Below are positions 1-12,387 of a stretch of DNA of 64,000 nucleotides, piece after piece. The notes beneath the pieces are model-generated. The model made no database searches and had not been told where the DNA came from. It saw only the letters and a program-made list of their open reading frames with translations. The position numbers were made by a program, and so were the translations under genes. Source of the DNA: Podospora anserina (lineage: Eukaryota); the NCBI GenBank assembly GCA_017654855.1, contig CM030335.1:1116001-1180000 (forward strand), given 5' to 3'. Each line of letters starts with the position of its first letter. Position 1 is the first letter of the stretch.

Positions 1-469
1 GAATAAAGACTAGGTCACATAAGGTAGTTGCTTCAAGGTCAATGGAGAGCCTGTTGGCTGTTTTACTGTATATTGTAAATATGGAGCGAGGCTGTCTCTC
101 ACTGGCCCTTTCATTCATCAGTAGTGTTAGTCAGCAGGGCGGCGGAGCCTTTTGGACGACGGCACTTTAATCCCCTCGTCATCCAGGGCCTGTGATTGGC
201 TGGGCTGGATCGCGGTTTGGCCAGTTTGGGGTTCCTCGACCTCAGAAATTCGCACCTCACGGCACCCACCCTTCCTCAAACAACTACACCCCAAGCCGGC
301 TTTCTGATTTTCACTCATTGCGCACACCAGACGACTTATCATCGCCAAAAAATCGTCGGCACCATCTCCGGGATCATAGCAACCTTCTCCGACTCGCTTA
401 CACACGCGAGAGCGCGTCTTCGTCGCGTATAATTGATCCAAAGCCTCGACGAGGTACCCAGCAGCCACC

Positions 470-3400
470 ATGGCTCCCCGTGGCCGACAGAGCGGCAACG
501 ACACCGACGCGTCCATGCAGGATGCGCCCGAGTCCGCCAGCCACGTTGTCGACGAGATGGTGAGTTTTATCTCCCGACTTGCTGGCCCAAGCCCAATCAA
601 CCGAACTGACCATATCTCCAGGAGGTCGACGAGACTCCCGATTATACCGACTCAGATACCAATCCAAATACTACCGCCAGCAGCGTAGCCGGGGAACCAG
701 TTCCAGATGGCCGCAAGAAGCGCTCGGAGGCCAACCAGCTGCGAAGAAGCATATTTGGTAAAAAGCACGACAGGTTGGGAGAATCAAAGGTAGGAAGAGT
801 GAATAGGCGCAAAGAATCATGCTGCCCGTGTCTGTAGGCTGACAATTCGATAGGAGGATGACACGATTCGCCGGTTCCGATACCTTTTGGGTTTGACTGA
901 TTTGTTCCGCCACTTCATCGAGCACAACCCAGACCCCAAAATCCGCGAAATCATGGCCGAGATCGATCGCCAAAATGAAGAAGCAGCGAAAAACAAGAAG
1001 GCCGCTGGTCGTCAGGGCGGCGCTACTAGTGAAAGACGTCGCCGCACCGAGGCCGAGGAAGACGCCGAACTTCTCAAGGACGAAAAGCACGGTGGCTCAG
1101 CCGAGACCGTCTTCCGCGAATCCCCCGCTTTCATCAATGGCACCATGAGAGATTACCAGGTTGCCGGTCTGAACTGGCTCATTTCCCTCCACGAGAATGG
1201 TATCTCTGGTATTCTGGCCGACGAAATGGGTCTGGGCAAGACACTGCAGACCATCTCTTTCCTGGGCTATCTTCGGCACATCATGGGCATCACTGGTCCC
1301 CACCTCATCACAGTTCCGAAATCAACTCTGGACAACTGGAAGCGAGAGTTTGCAAAGTGGACGCCCGAGGTCAATGTGTTGATTTTGCAAGGCGCCAAGG
1401 AGGAGCGTCACCAGCTCATCAACGATCGGTTGGTGGACGAGGATTTCGACGTGTGCATCACCAGCTACGAAATGATTCTCCGAGAAAAGGCCCATCTTCG
1501 AAAATTCGCCTGGGAGTACATCATCATCGACGAGGCCCATCGCATCAAGAACGAGGAGTCCTCGCTCGCCCAGGTCATCCGCATGTTCAACTCGCGCAAC
1601 CGTCTTTTGATCACGGGAACCCCGCTACAGAACAACCTGCACGAGCTTTGGGCGCTGCTCAACTTTTTGTTGCCCGATGTGTTTGGTGACTCTGAGGCTT
1701 TCGACCAGTGGTTCTCGGGCCAAGATAGAGACCAGGATACGGTTGTGCAGCAGCTGCACAAGGTGTTGCGGCCTTTCCTGCTTCGTCGTGTCAAGAGCGA
1801 TGTGGAGAAGAGCCTTCTACCCAAGAAGGAGGTGAATGTCTACATTGGCATGTCGGAGATGCAAGTGAAGTGGTACAAGAGAATTCTGGAAAAGGACATT
1901 GACGCCGTCAACGGTGCAGGAGGCAAGCGCGAGTCCAAGACCAGACTTCTCAACATCGTGATGCAGCTTCGAAAGTGCTGCAACCACCCTTATCTGTTTG
2001 AAGGTGCGGAGCCGGGCCCTCCTTACACCACAGACGAGCATTTGGTCTTCAACTCCGGCAAGATGATTATTCTCGACAAGCTTCTCAAGAGAATGCAGGC
2101 CCAAGACAGTCGCGTGCTGATCTTCTCGCAAATGAGTCGCCTGTTGGATATCCTGGAGGACTACTGCGTCTTCCGCGGTTACAAGTACTGCAGAATCGAT
2201 GGTGGCACAGCCCACGAGGATCGTATTGCGGCCATCGACGAGTACAACAAGCCAGGATCTGAGAAGTTCATCTTCTTGTTGACAACAAGAGCCGGCGGTT
2301 TGGGAATCAACTTGACAACCGCCGATATTGTTATTCTCTACGACAGCGACTGGAACCCCCAGGCCGATCTGCAAGCCATGGACAGAGCGCATCGTATTGG
2401 TCAAACCAAGCAAGTCGTGGTCTACCGGTTCGTGACAGACAATGCCATTGAAGAAAAGGTACTGGAGCGCGCGGCCCAGAAGCTGCGTCTTGATCAACTG
2501 GTTATCCAGCAGGGTCGCGCTCAAATTGCCGCCAAAGCTGCGGCGAACAAGGATGAGCTTTTGTCCATGATTCAGCACGGCGCCGGAAAGATTTTCGAGA
2601 CCAAGAGCGCCTTTGGAGAACTGGCCGAGAAGGGTGGCGAGCTTGACGATGATGATATTGACAGAATTCTGAACGCTGGCGAGAGCCGGACGAAGGAGTT
2701 GAATGCCAAGTATGAGAAGCTTGGTATCGATGATTTGCAAAAGTTTACCTCCGAGTCAGCCTACGAGTGGAACGGCGAGGATTTCGCCGCCCGCAAAAAG
2801 GATGTCGGGCTTAGCTGGATCAACCCAGCGAAGCGTGAGCGCAAGGAGCAGATTTACTCGATTGACAAGTACTACAAGCAGGCCTTGCACACTGGTGGCC
2901 GGACTGCCGACACCAAGCCGAAGGCGCCTCGTGCCCCCAAGCAGGTAGCTGTACACGACTACCAGTTCTACCCACCCAGGCTCCGCGACCTTCAGGACAG
3001 GGAGACCGCCTACTATCGCAAGGAGATCGGCTACAAGGTTCCGTTACCCGAGGGCGACGACGACAACCTGTCTGAGCGGGAGGCCGAGAGGGCTCTCGAC
3101 CAGCAGGAAATCGACAACGCCACTCCCCTGACCGAAGAAGAGCAAGAGGAGAAGCAACAGCTGGCTCAGCAAGGCTTTGGCGAGTGGAACAGGCGAGACT
3201 TTCAGCAGTTCATCAACGGTTCCGGTCGTTATGGCCGGAACAACTATGATGACATTGCTTTGGAGGTTGACAACAAGACTCCTGCAGAGATCAAGGCATA
3301 CGCCAAGGTGTTCTGGCAGCGCTACACCGAGATCGCGGACTACCCCAAGTACCTAAAGGTGATTGAAGATGGTGAGGACCGCATGCGCAAGATCGACCAC

Positions 3401-4039
3401 CAACGCAAGATGTTGCGCAAGAAGATGGGCCAGTACCGTGTACCACTTCAACAGCTTAAGATCAACTACTCGGTCTCGACTACCAACAAGAAGGTGTACA
3501 CCGAGGAGGAGGACCGCTTCCTGCTGGTGCTGCTCGATAAGTACGGCGTGGACACGGAGGGCATCTACGAGAAGATTCGCGATGAGATCCGTGACAGCCC
3601 GCTGTTCCGGTTCGACTGGTTCTTCTTGAGCCGCACGCCCACTGAGCTGGGCCGTCGCTGCAACACCCTTCTCACCACCGTAGTGAAGGAGTTTGAGGAC
3701 GTCAACACGACGACCAAGACCAACGGTACGAACGGCAAGCTCAAGAGGGAGCTGGAAGATAATGAGGAGAATGACGAGGATAGCATTCTTGGGTTGGCGC
3801 CGGCGAAGAAGAAGAGCAAGGCTAACGGGGTCAAGGTGAGCATACTTGTTATCGGATGACCAACGCGCTGTTTTTACAGAGTGCTGACCAAAATCTCACA
3901 GAACAAGGCTCTTGATAACGTTAAGTCGGCGACTGCCAGCAAGGCCAACTCGACATCCCCGTCAAGGGCGTCCAGTGTCGGGTCTACCAACTCGACTGCT
4001 GCGGCTACTAAGAGCAAGGCGAAGGGCAAGAAGAAATAG
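470..4039 (+). CDS. ISW2: ISWI-family chromatin-remodelling ATPase (SNF2_N, helicase C, HAND-SANT-SLIDE); exons 470-559, 622-789, 854-3835, 3902-4039
   Basis: Motifs [41 protein letters not shown] and SLIDE-like [11 protein letters not shown]. Three GT..AG introns with CTGAC branch sites join into one frame from ATG 470 to TAG 4037-4039. Confidence 0.95.
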
Positions 4040-4452
4040 ATTTTTTGTACGACACAGACATGGAAAGGAAAGATGATGAGAGCTACGTAGCCAGGAGGGT
4101 TGTTGGGAGTTTCTAGCTGTCATGGTTATTTGGTGGCCAGCAAGGTCATACCAGTGGGTCGGATTATTAGAAGGCGGGTGGGGGAGGCGATGTAAATTAC
4201 TATTGCTTGGGAAAGGGCGTTATTTGGGGTGTGTATTTGTGGGGGATTTTGTTGTTTCTTTTGTATTTATTGCCTTTGCGAAAACAGGGGGAAGCGGGAC
4301 GGGGAAAAGCTGGTTGTCGTCTGCCGTCGTTTCTTGCTAGTTGCTGATGGTGGCGATGCTTCTTCAGTGCTTTGCAGGTAATATCAGCTCGCAAGTAGCA
4401 AAAATGGGGTGCTTTTACAGCTATAGATATTCAAGTCTTTCTAGATTTGTCT

Positions 4453-4615
4453 ACCCTGCCTGTGTCTAAAGTTATATTTTGAGTTTAGAAGAAAGAAAAA
4501 ACCGCGGGAAACCCCGGGCACGCAAGATAGGCTTCAACAGTGGCCCTGCCCACTGCAGCAAAGACCGAAAGCTAAACTTTAGAGACGGGAGGCTTGCAAG
4601 TGTCTAAAGTTATAT
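4453..4615. repeat. Small repeat cluster: 16-bp direct repeat plus a near-inverted copy; possible degenerate MITE
   Basis: gtgtctaaagttatat at 4462-4477 and 4600-4615. aactttagagac near 4576-4587 is a near reverse complement of it. Confidence 0.5.
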
Positions 4616-5128
4616 GTTCGGTTGAGCAATACTATGGGTTATAGGACGACGGTGCCATTGTTAAGAACACAACGAACAAGTGGTAACAATAAGAACGACG
4701 CATGAAATGGTATCCGCATCTGTTACGAGTTTTACAATCAGCTCCTATATCTGGGCGAGAGGGGAAAAAAGACCGGCTTTCATGTCGCTTTTCCTTCTCT
4801 CTACCAAAAGTAGTGACATCAAAAAAAGGGGGTTGGTTTTCCTGCCTGGATCCCCCCCGCCTTCCCCCTTTTCATCTTTCTTGTTCACCCTTTTGTGTGT
4901 GATCCGCGTGTGTCCGCCCAAGAATCTGTCCCTGAACGCCATTGCAAATGCCGAACTCAAACCACATCTTTCATTCGTTCATCCGCCTTCGCCTTCATCG
5001 TTTCCACCCTCACAACCCAACCAACCAACCACCTCGCGGCTCGTTCCCTTCTTCCTTTCAGATTGTCCCATGGAAACCCCCGTCATGATTTCTTCATCAT
5101 TTTTTTAAGTCCCCCATTAAAATTCTTT

Positions 5129-6300
5129 TTATTTGCCACCCTGGGCAGCTAACCTGTTTAGCCTCTCCCTCTCCACCTCGTAGTTGAAGTCAAAGTACCC
5201 CTTGTCGAACTGGTGCACGCGGACGTAACCGTCCTCACCACCAGAGGCGTAACCCTTGCCCGTGGGGTCGGCGGCGACTGTGTTGAGAGGGCCGAAGTGG
5301 CCACGGACACGGCCAATCTCCTCCTCAAAGATCTTGTGGTAGAAGCGGGCCTCGAATTTGCCCTGTCTCGCCGAGGTGGTTGTGACATCCATGGCGGCCT
5401 GACCACCGCCGAGGATGACGTACTCCTTCTTGGGGGTGATGGCGGCGCTGTTGAGGGGTGTGTCGGCGACGTACGTCTTGAGGACTTCGAGCTCCTTGGC
5501 TGTGATGAGCTAGAGGTTTTTCTGATGTTAGTAAAGAATGTTCTCTTGCGGATTTCACACACACAAGACAAAAAACATTACCTTGGCACTCTTGTCTTTT
5601 GAGGCGGTGATGAAGTATGTGCGGTCCTGGTTCCACTGGAGATCGGTGATGGGGGAGCCGAGCTCGTGGACGTTGACATTATAGATGAGGTCGCCCGTCT
5701 TGCCGTCGTACTGGGAGACGCTGCCGTCCTCGTGGCCGGCGATGATGTACTTGCTGAGGTAGCTCCACCCGGCAACGGTGGCCTTGCTCTCCTCGCAGAC
5801 GATGGTCAGGACCTTCTCGTCCGACTGCTCGGCATCGGGGTCGACCTTGATGTCGAGCACGACGATGGTGCCGAGGTGACCCATGCGCTTCTCCGTCACG
5901 CCGAGGAGCTTGGTGCCATCCTCGTTGAACTCAACGCGCTTGACGGCGGTGGGGAAGTCCCATGTCTTGAGGAGCTTGCCGGTCTTGACCTCCCAGAGGC
6001 GGATGGTGTTGTCGGCGGAGCCGGAGGCGATGATGGTGGAGGTTGGGTCGACGTCAACGGTCCAGATGGCACCTTGGTGGCCCTGATATGTGCCGAGACG
6101 CTCGCCGTTGTGCGCAAACCAGGCGCAGATGTGTTGATCCTTGGCGGTAGAGAAGAGAAGATCGCCCTCGCGGTTGTACCTAGCAAGAGAGAGAAGGTGT
6201 TAGACAGGAGGAGGTCTTGGCTCTATCGGTCAGTGTAAAGGGCAACGAACTTGACCTGGGTCAGGGCACGTTCGTGGCCTGACAAAAGAATGGGCCTCAT
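5129..6300 (-). CDS. TIF34: Translation initiation factor eIF3 subunit i (WD40); exons 6300-6251, 6179-5582, 5509-5129
   Basis: Spliced protein begins [23 protein letters not shown] and contains [30 protein letters not shown]. Both introns are canonical. Confidence 0.95.
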
Positions 6301-6850
6301 TCTGAAGGTTAGCTGTGGGGGGTTGTTGTCGAGGGATGGGAGAGGGGCGGTTTCTTTGCTCGGTGGGGTTGGGGATCGAGGGGGAGGTGGTCGATTATTA
6401 TTTTATTGTCGGGTATAGGCAGAGTCTCTCTGTCGTGAATGCGGTTTCTTTCACAGAAGGCTTCTTTCTCCAGCCGATTGATTTGGCACACCAGTAATTT
6501 TTCCGTGAGGATTGTGCGCCGCCGATAGGCCACAGACTTTCCAGCGCGGGGCGAATCCTTGGACTCTGCCCCGCTTAACAATGAACTTTGCCTGACCGCC
6601 TTCTGTTTTCAGAGCATTGAAGTCAAAAGTGGGGGTCTTTTTTCCAATTGTTCTCGACTGTCACGACTGTGCCATCCCAAGTTGGATGTTGGATGCTCGG
6701 ACTACAAACAGAACATTGTTCCTCGACGATCCTTCCAGTCTTATTTTTTGTTTTTGGATGATGACTCTTGGCCGGTGACTCGACTCTCTATCCTTGTGAC
6801 TGGAACTTGTGTTATTGTGTCATAACTCGGCACAGCCAGAGAGGCACGTA

Positions 6851-7099
6851 CACTCCCAACCCTTGAATTTTTGTTAGCGCAAGACCAAGGCAGAGGGATC
6901 TTACACTTATTTTCAACTTCTCATAACTTTGGCCTCAGAAACACCACAACGTTACTTTAAATTAGAGGAAAGAAGGTAATTCTTGAAAGAAAAGCTGTAT
7001 AATAACTTCTTTCCCCGGGAAAAATTGGTGTGGTTGCGCTTTTCGGGGGTGAAAATATCGTGAAGTCTCGCGCTAACAAAAATTCAAAGGGTTGGAGTG
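6851..7099. mobile_element. MITE (non-autonomous, Tc1/mariner-type), 249 bp, 35-bp TIRs, TA target-site duplication
   Basis: Left TIR cactcccaacccttgaatttttgttagcgcaagac (6851-6885) versus reverse complement of 7065-7099, cactccaaccctttgaatttttgttagcgcgagac: 31/35 identical. TA at 6849-6850 and 7100-7101. Interior is AT-rich. Confidence 0.85.
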
Positions 7100-8168
7100 T
7101 ACATGTAGACATTTCTACTCGTGAGATTTGCTGGAAGAAAACATGTAAGTGGCAGTTGCGATGTGGATCCTTTTTTAGTTTGAGCCTCTCAACTCTAATA
7201 ACGGTTTTTGCTCCTTCATCAATATGAGGCCAAGAGTCGGGATGAGGGACCACACCTTTCCTCTGCAAACCCGGGAGGAGCTCGAGTGAGCTATATCGAC
7301 ACCAATCATCGACACATAAATTGATATCGAATTGCCTTTCCAGGGTCCTGGGTTTGGACCCGTGGCGGCTGCTGGGAAAAATATCGACCACTGTCATAGA
7401 GCCGGCGCTGCCATGCACAGGTACTTTACACATGGTGCTTGTGTCCGTGGGATGGATTGATGATACATAGCACCAAATCGACATGCTCTTTAAGACCAAG
7501 TTGTTGCCCAAATCAATGTCTTGATTCTACATCTCCGTACTGACGCCAGGAATGACACCATATCGTTAAAAAAGCCAACCCTTGCAGTGAGTGACACATA
7601 AATTTCACTTGTGACTCAACCTCAGTCGCTGTTGCTCTCCACACTGACCGGGCAACCTGGTAGGACCGTCTGCCCTCGGTTCTGATATCTGGAAGGCATC
7701 AGTCAGAAGCTCACCGCATAAGCAACAGCGGTACACAACAGGAGGATCGTGACTGAGACTAACTGTTAGAGACTGGCCGCCATGACGCTCTCGAGACTGG
7801 CCCAACGGGTCCCGACTCCGGTCCTGACTGGCTCCTGCTCCACGAACAAAGCACGCCAGCGGCTTATCAGCAGCCGTTTGAGAATCGAGTCAGTGGATGG
7901 CCACAAGCTCGTCAGCACGTATATGCCCGAGTTTCGGCGGTGTTCCTCGGCTCAGCCTGACGACCGCCACTCCGCTGCCCCGCGTTCGGCACCCCGCCAG
8001 GCCCAGTCACCGTCACCCGTTAAGGTCGCCCACGCCCACGCCCACGCCCAACGCCTACGCCTCGGTCTCGGTCTCGCCAGGAACCACACCACCGCTCTCT
8101 TGCACTCTGCATCTGCACAACCAAACTCATTCCTTGCTCACAGGGCCTTTTCCAGCTCGTCAGCAGCC

Positions 8169-11100
8169 ATGGTGGCCCAAAAGATTGACGGAACGGCCGT
8201 GGCCAAGCGGGTGCGCGAACAGCTCAAGGCTGAGATTGCCGAGAAGAAGGGAATCAACCCACGCTTTGAGCCGTGCTTGAAGATTATCCAAGGTGCGTAT
8301 TAGTATCCCGGCCTTCGTTTATTTACCTGAATGACTGACTAAACTAACCAACGTCGTGTAGTGGGCGACCGCTCTGACTCCTGTAAGCCACCAACCATAC
8401 CCCAAAGCCCCCAAAGCCGCTACCCCGCGTGGGCATTGTTTAACTGATTCTGGACGGATGACCTGCAGCCACCTATGTGCGCATGAAGTTGAAAGCCGCC
8501 GAGGAGGTAAGGATGCTGTAGACCACTCACATCTCATTCGCGAACGGCACACTGACCCCCTTGATATCAGTGCGGCATCTCATGTGAACTCATCAAGTTT
8601 GACGAATCGGCCACCGAGGCCGAGATCGTTGCTCGTGTTCATGCTCTTAACAATGACCCAACCGTCCATGGCATCTTGGTCCAGCTCCCATTACCAAGCC
8701 ATGTTTCTGAGTACGCTGTCACATCCGCCGTCCTGAGCGAGAAGGATGTCGACGGCTTCGGCACTTACAACATCGGTGAGCTGGCCAAGCGTGGTGGTAA
8801 CCCCTATTTCGTCCCCTGCACACCCAAGGGTGTCATGGTCCTTCTCGAGGAAACCGGTGTCGACCTCAAGGGAAAGAACGCCGTAGTTGTTGGCAGAAGC
8901 GACATTGTTGGCAGTCCTGTCAGCTACCTCTTGAAGAACGCAGATGCCACCGTCACTGTTTGCCACTCCAGGACCAAGGATCTTGACCAGCACCTCAAGA
9001 ATGCCGACGTCGTGGTTGTTGCTATTGGCAAGGCTGGTTTCATCAAGGGCGAGCAGCTCAAGGAGGGCGCCGTTGTCATCGACGTTGGCACCAACTACAT
9101 TCCCGACGCTACCAAGAAGTCTGGTCAGCGTCTTGTTGGCGATGTCGAATTCGAGTCCGCCTCCCAGGTTGCCTCTCACATCACACCCGTCCCCGGCGGT
9201 GTTGGTCCCATGACTGTCGCCATGCTCCTTCACAACGTTGTCGCCTCTGCGACACAGTGGTTTGATGCCGAGAAGCAGAGGAAGATTGTGCCCCTGAGCC
9301 TTGCTCTCAAGGAGCCAGTCCCATCAGACATTGCCATCTCGCGGGCTCAAGCGCCCAAGCACGTTACTCAGATCGCCAAGGAGATTGGCATTTCAAACTC
9401 GGAGCTCGAGCCATATGGTGCCTACAAGGCCAAGGTCGACCTTACTCTTCTCAAGCGCTTGGATCATCGCCGAAATGGTCGCTACGTTGTTGTTACCGGT
9501 ATCACCCCCACCCCTCTCGGTGAGGGCAAGTCTACCACCACCATGGGTCTTGCTCAAGCCTTGGGCGCCCATGTTGGTCGTCTTACTTTTGCCAACGTTC
9601 GTCAGCCAAGTCAAGGCCCAACGTTCGGCATCAAGGGCGGTGCTGCCGGTGGTGGTTACAGTCAGGTCATTCCCATGGACGAGTTCAACATGCATTTGAC
9701 TGGTGATATCCACGCCATCACCGCTGCTAACAACCTCCTCGCCGCTGCTATTGATACCCGCATGTTCCACGAGAGCACTCAGAAGGATTCCGCCCTCTAC
9801 AGACGACTGGTCCCGGTCAAGAACGGCAAGAGACAGTTCTCGCCTGTCATGTTCCGCCGCCTGAAGAAGCTCGGCATTGACAAGACCAACCCTGATGATC
9901 TTACCGAGGAGGAAATCGGCAAGTTCGCCCGCCTTGATATCGACCCAGAGACTATCACCTGGAGACGCGTCTTGGACGTCAACGACAGACATCTCCGCGG
10001 CATCACTATCGGCACTGCTGCCACCGAGAAGGGCCATAGCCGCCAGACCGGCTTCGACATTTCGGTCGCCAGTGAGTGCATGGCCATTCTCGCTCTCAGC
10101 ACTGACCTCGCCGACATGCGCGAGCGTCTCGGCAGAATGGTCGTTGCCAGCTCCAGAAGCGGCGACCCCGTCACGGCCGACGACCTCGGTGCCGGTGGTG
10201 CTCTTACCGCCCTCATGAAGGACGCCATTAAGCCCAACCTGATGCAGAGTTTGGAAGGCACACCCGTATTCGTCCACGCCGGCCCCTTCGCCAACATCTC
10301 CATCGGCAACAGCTCCATCCTCGCCGATAAGATGGCCCTCAAGCTCGCGGGTACCGAGCTCGACGAGGACCACTCCACCAAGGCCGGTTTTGTCATCACC
10401 GAAGCCGGCTTCGACTTCACCATGGGCGGCGAGCGCTTCTTCAACATCAAGTGCCGCACCTCCGGCCTCGTCCCCGACGTCGTCGTCGTCGTCGCCACCA
10501 TCCGCGCCCTTAAGGTCCACGGCGGCGGGCCCCCCATCTCCCCCGGTGCTCCCCTCAGCCCCGTCTACAAGGAGGAAAACGTCGAGATCCTCCGTGCCGG
10601 CTGCGTCAACCTTGCCAAGCACATCGCCAACGCCAAGTCCTACGGCGTGCCCGTCGTTGTCGCCATCAACAAGTTCTCCACCGACACTTCCGCCGAAGTG
10701 GAAGTCGTCCGCGAGGAAGCCATCAAGGCCGGCGCCGAAGACGCCGTCCTCGCCAATCACTGGGCCGAAGGCGGCAAGGGCGCCGTTGACCTCGCTCATG
10801 CTGTCATTGCCGCTTCGGAGAAGCCCAAGGACTTCAAGCTCTTGTACGGCCTCGAGGGTACCGTCCAGGAGCGCATCGAGAAGATCGCCAGGGAGATGTA
10901 CGGCGCCTCGTCAGTCGAATTCACCGAGCTGGCCCAGAAGAAGGTCGAGACGTACACCAGACAGGGTTTCGGGAACCTGCCTATTTGCATTGCCAAGACG
11001 CAGTATTCCATCAGTCATGACCCTGAGCTCAAGGGCGCGCCGACGGGCTTTACCGTGCCGGTTCGGGATGTGAGGATGGCGGCGGGCGCTGGGTACTTGT

Positions 11101-11207
11101 ATGCGCTGGCGGCCGATATTCAGACGATTCCTGGGTTGCCGACTGCGCCTGGGTATTTGAATGTGGATGTTGATTTGGAGACGGGGGAGATTGATGGGTT
11201 GTTTTGA
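8169..11207 (+). CDS. ADE3: Trifunctional C1-tetrahydrofolate synthase; exons 8169-8292, 8362-8382, 8469-8506, 8571-11207; in-frame upstream extension to ATG 7782
   Basis: Starts MVAQKIDG. Dehydrogenase/cyclohydrolase motifs [27 protein letters not shown]; synthetase motifs [32 protein letters not shown]. Includes 21-nt and 38-nt micro-exons with canonical splice sites. Confidence 0.95.
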
Positions 11208-12387
11208 AGAATTTCAAGTGCTTGAGCCTTGTGTTTTTATATGGCGTTAAAATTGGGAGGTGGGTGTAAAGGTATATCAATGATCAACTCGAGCGAAACT
11301 AAGGCAGGGGGAAAGTGGAAAGGGAAAAATGAGATGTTGAAAGTGCATGTTTTAACACATGGCGCTGATGAAGGGGGGGTTAATACCACAGGGGTGAAGA
11401 GGTTTTAGAAACCAAAAAAGCTAGCCATAGATGGAATAGATGAAGTTCCTCTCACTTTTGCTCCCAGCAGTGACAGTACTGGTAATGGCTAAAGTTCTTG
11501 TAAACATTCAAGTGCCTTCATTTTAGCTACTGTTTTAAGACTTCACCGAGGTCAAGCACGTCCAAAAACAGTAAATATGATGATCAATATCTCTCATTAT
11601 TCATGTTGTACAACAGGAGTACAAAAACTAAGTATTAAGTCCCTGTTCCTCCTCCCCCACCCACTCTGTCTGTTTTACTGTATGTTATACAACCAACCCC
11701 CTTTCCTCTTTCCTTGTCTCATAAGCCCCCCTTTCGCATTTCCCATTAAACTCCAAATACACCTTATTTTCTGTATGTGCCCGAACCCAAACCCAATTTA
11801 TATCCATCATATAAAATTTTACCCATCTGCTGTTGAAGAAAATAATAAGGTAAAAAGTACAAAAATGATGTAATGTAATATATGTATGATATGCCAAAAA
11901 AACAAAACAAGCAAAACAGAAACAAACGAAAAAAAGAAAAGATGCGAAAATAATCGTACAGAAAAAAAGCAAAAGTAAAAGTACAGAAAAAGAAAAGGGG
12001 ATGATCGGAAAGGTATGTTGTACAAGTGAAATGAAAAGAGTGTAGAAGAAGGAAGCCGCTTTTCTCCATTTCGTCGCCGTCATCTCATGTGTATGTATGC
12101 GATTGTCGTGTCGTGTTTGTGTTGTGAATGCGCAGAAAAACGCCGTAGAAAAAGAAGAGAAACGAATGGATGTCAACCAGCAATGCCATGCCCCTTATCC
12201 CACACAATATATGTCCGGAGCCAGTAAGTATCCTGTAAATGCCATCGCCCACGCCAAATGCTCCCCATCCCATGTAAAAATATGACAAGAAAGAAACCCC
12301 AGAAAGAAAAAGGCGCCATTGAAAACCATTAAGCTCCCTGGCTGGTTGAAAAACAAAAACAAAAAAGAAAAACGTGACGAAAAGGAG

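Noticed and set aside
6957-7511. 184-aa minus-strand ORF
   Set aside because: No recognisable motif, and its 3' part runs through the MITE, so it is probably spurious.
9393-10799. 468-aa antisense ORF (also 1817-2740, 5666-6238, 49172-50110, 51059-52522)
   Set aside because: These are antisense shadows of strongly codon-biased conserved genes and show no independent protein motifs.
11685-12176. Phe-rich ORFs
   Set aside because: They arise from the U-rich low-complexity 3' UTR of the transcription factor gene.
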